A DNA stretch of 64,000 bases from the human T2T-CHM13v2.0 reference genome, Homo sapiens: the NCBI RefSeq assembly GCF_009914755.1, contig NC_060938.1; one strand, 5' to 3'. The position numbers were made by a program, and so were the translations under genes. This document shows, one piece after another, positions 52,451 through 64,000 of this stretch. The first letter of the stretch is position 1. Every line of letters starts with the position of its first letter. The notes under the pieces are model-generated. The model was not told the DNA's origin. It was given only the letters and a program-made list of their open reading frames with translations, and did no database searches.

Positions 52451-53134
52451 CTTGCCTTTGCCCAATTTCCCACCTAGGAGAATTTTTGTACCTTGACCTT
52501 ATAAAATTCCCTGATGAGGAATCTATCCCAGTAGCAGTACCTTTTTCCCAACTGAAGGTATTACTTTGGTCTACATGGAGTCTACATGGTAAAAGCCAAT
52601 TGGTCCTGTGGCACAGAGAAAAGAGGAGTTGATTATCTGTAAGGAGTAATGGGTTCTCATATACAGTCTATGTACCAGGAAGTGCTTCATAAAATAAACA
52701 TTGGTTTATTGGAAGGAGACAGAATTACTGGGAACCCAGAGGAGCAGGTGTTGAAAACAGGTAGGAACCAATGGGACTTTGGAGGACTAGGCAGAAGGAG
52801 GAACCTGGCCAGATCTCTGCCACTCTGAATATATTTGAGAATCATTTTCTCTAGATTTAGAATTAGGCAAGAAGTATCCAATTGGTTGAGCCTGTCACGT
52901 GTCTATGCCTTGGCTGCTTGAGCTTGGGAAAGGAAGATTCTTCCCAATTATGCTTCTATAGCATACTCATACTCCAAGATGAGGAGAGGCTGGAATGTTG
53001 GATAACCATCCCCAACCCCCAATGACAGTCATCCACTAAGCTCTGCATTAATTAGCTGTGTGACCATGGATAAATCATTTCATATTTTTGACCCTCAGTT
53101 TATTCATGTGTAGCATGAGAGGTCTCAAACACAC

Positions 53135-53406
53135 CAGCAATTTTCAACTTTTATTTTTTAAACAATTGCTTACTTTCATAAAATGAAGTTTTATTTAGAT
53201 ACCCAAGATGTAAAACATGAAAAATGTAGACCCACTATAACTGGGGGAGTTCTTGAGGGTGGAAAGAGAGAACCCTGCTCAGCCTTCCTATTCTGCCCCC
53301 TCCCCAGATTCCCTTGCCTTTGCTACTGGCTTTCCCAGCCTTGGAAGCTACTGGGGTACGTTAAGGATCCTCCAGGATTCCATGGAGCACAATTAGGAAA
53401 CAACTG
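53135..53406. mobile_element. MER112-like hAT MITE
   Basis: 'ttttcaactttt...aaatgaagttttatttagatacccaagatgtaaaaca...ccaggattccatggagcacaattaggaaacaactg'. Confidence 0.6.
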
Positions 53407-53919
53407 GATTCTGCAATCGCTCAGGTCTCTTTCAAATATACCATTCGGTGATTCCATAACTCTAAGATTTAGAATGCTGCTCGTTTTATCCGTATGTATT
53501 TTTTGCACCCCACTCTAGACTTTAAGACGTTGGATCTTGATTCAGCATGTAGCTAATTAAGAAATTTGATTAAACTTTATTTTCTTTCACCTTAAAAAAA
53601 ATGAAACCAGGGAAATCAAACACTGCAGAAGCCTCAACATTTTCTCTGTCATTCTTTATTAGTTAATGGTTGTCCCATATGCAAACTGGCCAGAAAAATC
53701 TGCTAAAGAATTGAGAGGAAATTTGATTGAAGTAAAACAAGGACTCACTCCCTTCTAAGAAACAACATACTTTATATATGTCATGTGGTTTCACACACAC
53801 AAATAAAAAAAATGAAAGGAAATAAATCAAAATGCTAATGAGGGATACTTTTGGATAATAGGGCTATGGGCAATTTTGAATTTTTTTTTAAACTTCTTCC
53901 TATTTTCTGAACTTTAAGC

Positions 53920-53920
<1 letters not shown>

Positions 53921-53952
<32 letters not shown>
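53921..53952. repeat. (AC)16 microsatellite
   Basis: Perfect dinucleotide run, within a probable old L1ME 3' fragment (~53800-53980). Confidence 0.98.
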
Positions 53953-53955
<3 letters not shown>

Positions 53956-55179
53956 TATAAAACTTCCTAATCATAAAAAATTATGAAAAGTGAACACATT
54001 TGCAAGCCAAAGTAATTAAGTTAATTTAAAAAGTTATTAAGTCAGCACAAAAAATTGAAATTAATTGTGTTAAAAATAGTGTTCTATTGACTTTAAACCC
54101 AATGAGCCAGCACAGTTATAAATCTAAGCACCCACAATTCCTGAACTTATAGAGAATAACCTCTTACCCCTTCTTATGATGAATGTGCCTTATTTCTCCA
54201 GGGACAGAAGGCCAGTGATTGGGAAATATTCTATGTATGAAATGGCAGTTCTACTGGTCACCCATACAGGAAAGGATTCACTATTTTGGATGACGTTTGG
54301 CTTAGTGCAGATGTTTAAATCAGTAATAGATTCAACTTACACATCTAAGAATCCTCTTCTTTCTTAGTACCACACCCTGGACCTTCTCACAAGGTTTAGA
54401 AGGTAAGACACTCTTTATTCCTCCATTTACTGCAGTCTTGTCCTAGTGACACCTACAAGGAAGCACTTGGTAAATGCTACGAGATCCAAATGTCAAGACT
54501 GAACCTTTAGGACTACCTGTGACAATTGTTAGACCACAGCTTACCCTTTGACTCCTGTGAAAATCAAGGAGGGTGAGGAGCAACTGAAGAAAAGTCCTCT
54601 GATTTTTATTCCTTTTTTACTTCTATAAGGAGCTCTAAGGTATTAGATTTTTTTTTTTAACTGGCAAAACAAAAGAGCAAAAAAAAGTCCCATTTTCAGT
54701 ATCTGACTGTCTCCTTAAAGAGAGACGGGAGGATAATAGAGGGATAGATAGATGCGGGCAGACAGAAACAGTTACAGTAGCCAGACAGATCTATATTCAG
54801 TTTATTATATTTGATTTTCAGAGTTAATTGAGTGTTTTGCCTTAAAATTATCTTTTTCTTCCTCTTTCTCTCTTTGCTGTAATTTAAAAGGAGATAGATA
54901 AAGGCAAAGAAAAATCAATTTAAAAGTTTGCTTTTCAAAGTTGTTCCATGGTCTTAGGGGTCATTAATTCAAAGCTAGCACCAGGTAGTCAGAGGCAGAT
55001 GGCTTTATTGTACCCCTGTGATGAAGGTTCTTTGTGACTGTAGGTGAAGGGAAGAACAGGAAGGTGGAAGAGTGTCGCTTATAGCATCTTACCAAGGGAC
55101 CCAGAAGTCTTATATATTGTCTCTTATGGGTCTTAGTTTAACATCAGATCTTCATGTTCTGCCTAGCATGATGATGCCT

Positions 55180-55360
55180 TACATTTGTTTAAGAAAACAC
55201 ATTATCTGCAAGGTAGATATAATTATTCTTACTTTATGGATGAACAAACCAAAGGCTAGAATATGTAAGTGACCTATGTCACAAAGCTAGCAAGTGGCAG
55301 AGGAAGAACTTGAATCCTGGACTTCAGATTCTAAGGGTGGTGCCATGTTCACTGCACTCC
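55180..55360 (-). mobile_element. MIR
   Basis: 'ctgcaaggtagatataattattc...ggatgaacaaaccaaaggctaga...aagtgacc...tcacaaagctagcaagtggcagag'. Confidence 0.8.
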
Positions 55361-55397
55361 TTAGCTATGTTGATCAGGTTATAGTTTATATTGTTTC

Positions 55398-55698
55398 TCT
55401 TTTTTCTTTTTTTTTTGAGATGGAGTCTCACTCTATTGCCCAGGCTGGAGTGCAGCGGTGCCATCTTGGCTCACTGCAACCTCTGCCTCCCATTTCAAGT
55501 GATTGTCCTATCTCAGCCTCCCAAGTAGCTGGGACTACAGGCATGCACCACCATGCATGGCTAATTTTTTTGTATGTTTAGTAGAGACGGGGTTTCACCA
55601 TGTTGGTCAGGCTAGTCTCGATCTCCTGACTCAAATGATCCACCCTCCTCGGCCTCCCAAAATGCTGGGATTACAGGTGTGAGCCACCGCACCCGGCC
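55398..55698 (-). mobile_element. Full-length AluS
   Basis: Reverse dimer; TSD tatagtttatattgttt (55380-55396) / tatacttaatattgttt (55699-55715). Confidence 0.97.
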
Positions 55699-56669
55699 TA
55701 TACTTAATATTGTTTTTGAGGTTATCTGCAATGCTCACCCCCAGCTCACAAGACCAATGTAGTACTTTATGTATAACAAATGTCAATAAAATGACATTTT
55801 ATACTTCAAGTCATTTCTAATTTAATATTGAAGGAAATAATGATTTACTTAATTTGGAGAATGTCTTTCATCCTCATAAAAAAAGTACCAAAGTATTTGA
55901 TTTTTTTGGGTTAGCATCATGATTTCTTTTTTGAGTTATGCTGGGAACCAGGTTATAGGGCAGAAGATGGTCTTGAATATCAAAGAAAAGAAACACTTAT
56001 CTAGAAGACGCTATGTGACCTTGGGGTGACCTTAAATAAGTGACTTAACCTCTTGAAATCTTGTTTTTCTCCTTTCCATAAAGAGCTTGATAATACCTGC
56101 CCTACATCCTGAAGGGGCTGTTTCTAGAGTCACAAATCATAATTGTAAAGCATTGCTACATGTGAAGTGTGATTCCTTGCAGGACTAGGGCTCCTGGCTG
56201 AGACGTGGCCTAATTGGCCCCTCTCTTGGGAATGAAGACAATCAGTCAATGAATAGTGAGTTCCTGGGAAATTCTACAACAGGCTTCTTTCTTGCCATCT
56301 TCCATCCGTATTCCTTTCCCTCCCTACTCCCAGAACATCTCTGATCCAATAAGGACTTCTTAAAGAGAGATATGGGAAGTGCAGGCGAGTGACTGCCTTC
56401 TTTCCTATGGTGATAATGCTTATAATGTAGTCTTATGTTTTTGTGGCTGATATAAAGTATTTGGCCTGGCAAGTAAAAACACATAGGCATGTCATGGATG
56501 TGCCAGAGCTGCATTCTTGGACCACATGGTGGCTCTGTGGCTCGGGAAGAACAGGAGTTTTCTCTGCCTTTTCTACCCCTGTGCCACATCCTCCCTCCTC
56601 AACAAAGTGTAATTTACTCTTAAAGCAGAACTCACTCTCATACTTTTCAAATAAAAATATCACGGATCT

Positions 56670-56890
56670 TTAATGAGTGCCTAATTTGTGTCAGCCCCAG
56701 ACCAGATACTCCCATATGTGACCTCATTGAATAATTGCGCAGGTGGGATGGATATTACTATTGCTATTTCACAGGTCAAAAACCTGTCACTTCAGTTACA
56801 TAATGTGCCTGAAATCACCTAGAGAGTAAGTGATTGAGCCAAAACTGAAATTCGCGCTTCTGACTCCAAGTGCGAGGCTCCTTTGACTAC
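56670..56890 (-). mobile_element. MIR
   Basis: 'taatgagtgcct...ggatattactattgctatttcacagg...gagtaagtgattgagccaaaactgaa...tctgactccaag'. Confidence 0.65.
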
Positions 56891-57137
56891 ATTTAGGCTT
56901 ATTGAGTGTATGCGCAGCTGCAGGAAAATGGAGCCTACAGCACTGTAGTGAGCCATTGTCTTAGTCATGAGTGAGAAACCAGTTTGTAACCAACATTGAA
57001 CTACTGATAAGGAAATTTTGAGGGAAAGAAGAGAAAGTTCTGTTAAGAAATTAGTAAATAAAATCCATTAAAAACGTTTTAATAAGCACAAGATTTTTTT
57101 TTTCTTACTAAAGAAAGTAATTCATGTTCATATGGAA

Positions 57138-57325
57138 CAGGGGTTGGTACACAGAGGTCTGTGCAAATAAAGTTTTATTGGAACACAGTCATGTTCATTT
57201 GTTTCCATATTTTTTCTGACTACTTTTGCTCTACGATGGTAGAGTTGAGTGATGGCAATAAAGACTGTGGCCTGCAAAGCCTTAAATATTTACTATCTAA
57301 CCCTTTATAGAGTTAGCTGACCCTG
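57138..57325 (-). mobile_element. MER58A
   Basis: 'caggggttgg...aaataaagttttattggaacacagtcatgttcatttgttt...ggcctgcaaagccttaaatatttactatct...gctgaccctg'. Confidence 0.9.
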
Positions 57326-57329
57326 AAAT

Positions 57330-58790
<1,461 letters not shown>

Positions 58791-58835
58791 TAAAACTGTA
58801 AGTGCTTATTGGGCTATACCAGTAAGTATCTAGAG

Positions 58836-59016
58836 CAGTGGTTTTTAAGCTCCTAATTTGGCCCACTACCTATTTTTGTAAATAAAGTTTTATTGGAACA
58901 CAGCGATATTTATTTCTGTGTTATCTATTGTGTCATTTGCAGTACAGTGGTGCAGTTGAGTAGTTGTGTTAAAGACTGTATAGACCACAAAGCCTAATCT
59001 GCTTTGCTGCCTCCTG
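58836..59016 (-). mobile_element. MER58A
   Basis: 'tttttgtaaataaagttttattggaacacagc...gttgagtagttg...ccacaaagcctaa'; 8-bp TSD atctagag/atctagaa. Confidence 0.9.
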
Positions 59017-59389
59017 ATCTAGAAGATTTAGACTAGGAATTCAAGTAGACAGAAAACTGGTGTTACAAGGTTTAGACCTTACTTCTTGGCACACCCCACT
59101 CATTCCAAGTGGGATTTTAGCTGTTCGCTCCAACTTTTTGCATCTCGCCTTTACCTTATTAGTAAGGAGAAAGTCAAGATAGAGCAAAGACTCTCTAATC
59201 TGCCATTGGCCTTCCCATTATTTATATTGCCGTATTGACAACAAGTGTTTCTTCCGAGTCTAACTTCTCTCTACGATCCTAAGCATTTTTGTAGGGGGTA
59301 CCAATATATAATGTTAAATACTTCCATGTACATCTATTGCTTGAAAGAAAATCATTTCATTGCTGGTTAAATGAGTATTTTAGATAATC

Positions 59390-59774
59390 TTTTTAAAAAT
59401 GTTATTATTTTTAAGTTCCACGATACATGTGCAGGATGTGCAGGTTTGTTACATAGGTAAACATGTGCCATGGTGGTTTGCTGCACCTATCAACCCATCA
59501 CTAGGTATTAAGCCCAGCATGCATTAGCTCTTTTCCCTAATGCTCTCCCCACCTCCATCCCCCGACAGGCCCCAGTGAGTGTTGTTACCCTCCCTGTGTC
59601 CATGTGTTCTCATTCTTCAGCTCCCACTTAAAAGTGAAAACATGTGGTGTTTGGTTTTCTGTTTTTGCACTAGTTTGCCAAGGATAATGACTTCCAGCTT
59701 TATCCATGTCCCTGCAAAGGACATGATCTCATTCCTTTTTATGGCTGCATAGTATTCTATGGTGCATATGTACC
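59390..59774 (-). mobile_element. 5'-truncated L1PA (L1PA8-13 type) 3'UTR
   Basis: 'tacatgtgcaggatgtgcaggtttgttacataggtaaacatgtgccatggtggtttgctgcacctatcaaccc...ccctgcaaaggacatgatctc'. Confidence 0.93.
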
Positions 59775-61089
59775 CCTGTTCTGATTATCTTGTCACTGTT
59801 CCTCTGCATTTACACAGGAGTACAGAAGTTGACCACACATCTGGATTAGCTGAGGGCTCAAGATAAGAAAGTCTGAGGTGCTTTGATGGGAGGAGTAGGA
59901 GGTATGAGCTCATGAAAGGCAACAATGTTTACTAAGAAGGTTAATTCTTCAAGTGTGAAGGTGTATCTAAAAGTTCCTTCATGACCTTTTTTGTGGCAGG
60001 TGTGGCTATGTGCTCATGGGCTACTAAAGCGAGGCTTCAACAGACTTTTTAAAAATTGGATAACCATATCTCTCTAAGGATAGACCATTTCCCACAGAGA
60101 CCACTCACTCAAGCCTGTTTGGTTGTTTATTTTTATGACAGTTTTGGAACTCTGGCATATCTCAGTGGGACATGCTAGCCTTCTCTTTGTGTGGTCTGGA
60201 ATGACCTTTTATGCACTCAGCAAGGTGCTATAAAGGATTGCTGTAACTAGTCAGGGCTCCATGAGAGGCTGGCAGGAACACCTAAAAAGTTGCTAATATG
60301 TGCACACATGAACACATACACCCAATGAAGAGAAGGAAAACAGAAAAGCAAAGGAATTATTTTAAAAGTCATATATATTTTCTCATATAATCTCAGAATG
60401 ATATAGAGAAAAATGTATTGGGTGTTGGCTTCTATAATTCTCCCATAAAGAACTATTTTCACAACAGCCAAAAATTAAGAAAAATGCTTCTAGTATTATT
60501 TTTCACCTTCTCAGAATGGAAGGATGAGGTGTGGTTCTTCCAGCCTCAAGATATTTCATCCCTTCAAACCACAAAGATTGATTCAATAAGGTTGTGACAA
60601 GTCCTGTGCTAAAGGAAAAAAAAATCTAGGATATGAAGTAACCAAGAGAAAGGAAAACGTGACTATAAACAAGGAAAAAAGGAGAAACCAATGAGAATGG
60701 GAAACAGAATAAAAATATTGCAAAGAGCTACCGATGAGAAATGCGGTTTGATAATAATCTTTCAAGAGAAGTTTGGTCTTAGAAGAAAACTGGCTACATC
60801 ATGCTGACAAATACGTCAAGATATGCAACAGAGATGGCCTAACCATCCATGGCTCCACTGTGGGAAGGTCAGACATTGTTGAATATCTGTGCTCAATGAA
60901 ATATGTGTTTTCCTAACTCTGACACTCACTGTTATTGCAATGCATACAGACTCCTCAAAGATCGTAAGCCCTAAAAGTTGATAAGTGTTCAGAGAACAAG
61001 CTCTCACTCAGTACAGGAATTCTATCCTGTGATATTTCTTGAGAGAATGAAATTGTTGAATTCTTAGATCTTGAAAGCAGTTTAAATCC

Positions 61090-61325
61090 TCGAGTAGTGG
61101 CTAAGACTGGGGGCTACAGGGCCAGAGGGCCTAGATTTGAATTTATGCTGCCCTGGGTCCTGGCTGATTCTTTGGTTAAATCAACCCTCGAAGCCTAAAT
61201 AAGACTGTAAAATGAGGATGATAATAGCATCCTTTTGAAATGTAGTGTGGATTTAGTGAGATGATATAAATCATCTAACTTAGTGCTCTATACATGTAAA
61301 ATGGTCAATAAATGTTGGCTATTAT
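61090..61325 (+). mobile_element. MIR
   Basis: 'gtagtggctaaga...ctgtaaaatgaggatgataatagc...tcaataaatgttggctattatt'. Confidence 0.75.
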
Positions 61326-61799
61326 TGTATTTTATATTATCATTATTATCTCTTGTAGTCTACTCATTTTACAAATGAGGATCAATCTGCAGTGGGTTGT
61401 AGCAAGAAGACCCTTAAAACTAGAGAAATCAAATAAAAGTGTTTAATGCCAGGTATCTCTTAGTTGGTTGGATAAATTTTGGGTACTAGCTTCCTTTTGC
61501 AGGCCCAAAGTACTCATCACATAGGATAATAGATTTACTGCAAGAATAACTCTGATTTCTAAAGTATTGTAAAGTGGGTGAAAGGAGGGGAGATTAAATT
61601 AGCTTTATCTTTCAGAATCCGAAAGCTGATGATGAGTTAGGAGAAAGGAAGTTCTGATTCTCTGAGCTCTAGATTTTTCACTAATCTACCAGAAAAGAGA
61701 AAACCATTCTTCTGTGATTATATATTGTAAACGGGGGCAAGGGCCATTTTATATACAAAGAATTCCAAGGAAGAGGTCTAGCATGTGAAAATACATGTG

Positions 61800-64000
61800 A
61801 TTTTTTTTTTTTACTTTTTTTAAAATTAAACTTTTTATTTTGAGGTAATCGTATATTCATAAGCAGCTGTAAGAAATAATATAGCAAGATCCCAAGTACA
61901 CTTTATACAGTTTCCTCTATAGTAACATCTGGAGAAACTATTGTGTAATGTAACAACCAGGTTATTGACGCTGATATCATCAAGATACAGACCATTTCCA
62001 TCACCACAAGGATCCCTCCTGTTACCCTCTTATAGCCATACTAACTTCCTGTAGGCCTATTTATGATATCCCTATTCTGTTCCATTGACCTGTGTCTTTT
62101 TGCCAGTACTCTGAAGTATTTATTACTGTAGCTGTACAGTAAGTTTTGAAATCATGTAGATTGATTCCTCCTACTTCATTTTTCTTTTTCAATATTGCTT
62201 CAGGTATTCTAGTTTCTTTTAATTTCCATACACATTTTTAAATAATCCTGACTATCTCTCCCAAAACAATCTTGCTTGGATTTTGACGGAAATTGTGTTA
62301 AATCTGTATATCAATTTGAGAGAATTAAATCTTCACTATGTTGGGGTTTCAATCCATGAACATAGTATATTTCTTAATTTATTAAGACCTTCTTTGATTT
62401 TTAATAAACATTCCATAGTTTTCAGCATACAAATTCTGTTTATATTTTTATATCTAAGTGCTTTAAGTTTTTGAGCAATCATAAGTAGTATTTTTAATTT
62501 TGGTGGCTACTTGTCCATTGTTCATATAGAGGAATACAACAGACTTTTGTACGTTTATCTTGTGTCCTGTGACCTTGCTGAACTCACATATTGGTTCTAT
62601 GTGTGTGTGTGTATGTGTAGATTACTTGGGATTTTCTACATAGAAATTATGTTATCTGCAAATAATGACAGTTATATTTGTTTCTTCCAGAGCCGTATGT
62701 ATTTTTTTAAATTTCCTTATTTTACTGGCTAGAACTTCCAGCACTGTGTTGAATAAAAACAGTGTGAGCAGACATTCTTACTTTGTTTATGATCTTAAGG
62801 GCAAAGCATTCAGTCAAGCACCATGGTTAGCTATTGGTTTTCTGTAGCTGCTCTTTATTAAGATGAAGAAGTTCATCTCTATTTTTATTCTTCTGAGAGT
62901 GGGTGTTAAATTTTGTCAGATGCTATTTATGTGTCAATTGATATAACCATGTGTTTTTTTCTTCTTTAGCTGAAGAATGTGCTAGATTACATTGATAGGT
63001 TTTTGAATATTGAAACAACTTGCATCCTTGGAGTATACCCCAGTTGGTCATGGTATATAATTCTTTGTATATATTGTTAAATTCTGTTTGCCAATATTTT
63101 GTTAAGGTTTTTTGTGTCTATATTTATAAAGGATATTGATGTGTAGTTTTCTTTTTTGTACCGTTTTTGTCTCATTTTGGTATCACGATAATAACTTCAT
63201 AAAATGAATTGCAGTATCTCCCTTTTCTCTATTTTCTGGAAGTTATTTTATAGAATTAGTTAATTAATTTAAATGTTTGGTAGAATATTCCAGGGTAACC
63301 ATCTGGACCTAGAGATTTTATTTTGGGAAGTATTTTAATTATAGATTTAATTTCCTTAATAGTTATGTAGCTATTCAAATGATCTCTTCCATATTCAATG
63401 ATTTGGGGTAGACAGTGTTTTTTTGAGGAATTGGTCCATTTCACTTAAATTATCAAATTTATGTAAGTATTATCAAATTTATGTATGTATTCCTTTATTA
63501 TCCTTTTGATATGTTCGGGGGCTGTAGTGATATCCCTTCTTTTATTTCTGATATTGACAATTTGTGTCTTCTGTCTAACTTTGTCAGTCTTGCAAGATGC
63601 TTGTTGATTTTGAGCTTTTCAAGGAATCATCTCTTTGTTTTATTAATTTTCTATACTTATTTCATTTTTACTTTCATTAGTTGTTGCTTTTGTCTTTATC
63701 TTCCATTTACTTTGGATTTATTATTTTTTTTTAGGTTTTCGAGATGTGGCCTTAGATTATAAATTTGACTTCCCCCCCTTTTCTAATATATGCAGTTAGT
63801 GCTATAAATTTTCCTCTCAGCACTGCTTTAGTTATGTCCTATAAATTTTGATATGTTTTATTTTTCCTTTAGCTTAAAGCACTATTTGGTTTTCTTGAGA
63901 CTTCCTTTTTGACTTATATATTATTTAGAAATGTCTTATTTAATTTACAACTGTTTACTTGTTTTTGTTGTTGTTGTTGTTTCATTTGGTTTAATGTTGG
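61800..64000 (-). mobile_element. L1MD-like LINE (3' end, deletion near 62050, ORF2 remnant), runs off the window
   Basis: Poly-T then 'gcagctgtaagaaataatatagcaagatccc...caagatacagaccatttccatcaccacaaggatccctc'; reverse ORF2 gives 'MKWTNS...KSLGPDGYPGIFYQTFK' at 63256-63444. Confidence 0.92.

Overview
Human genomic DNA: a perfect AluYb8/9 3' end at 48866-48955 is a human-specific marker. The window is repeat-rich intronic or intergenic sequence with no supportable protein-coding gene, structural RNA gene or CpG island. The ORF track is short chance ORFs and repeat-derived frames. It holds about 11 Alu pieces, about 9 LTRs (THE1, MLT1, MER50), several old L1 and L2 elements, many MIRs and many hAT MITEs (MER5, MER3, MER53, MER58A, MER91A, MER94, MER102, MER112). 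The most notable structure is at 40729-41279: a 33-bp tip of a young L1 carrying ~157 bp of apparently 3'-transduced unique DNA with its own AATAAA and second poly(A), inserted in an Alu tail inside the Alu's target-site duplication (TSD). Also notable: a four-level nest (MER102 > L1MD > MLT1 > AluYb8), a perfect 64-bp tandem duplication, a ~110-bp dispersed local duplication, and three repeat-free, homeodomain-motif-rich blocks at 14-18 kb that look like enhancers. Repeat family names come from recalled consensus sequences, not a RepeatMasker run, and boundaries of old elements are approximate. I cannot name the locus and found no new multi-gene system.
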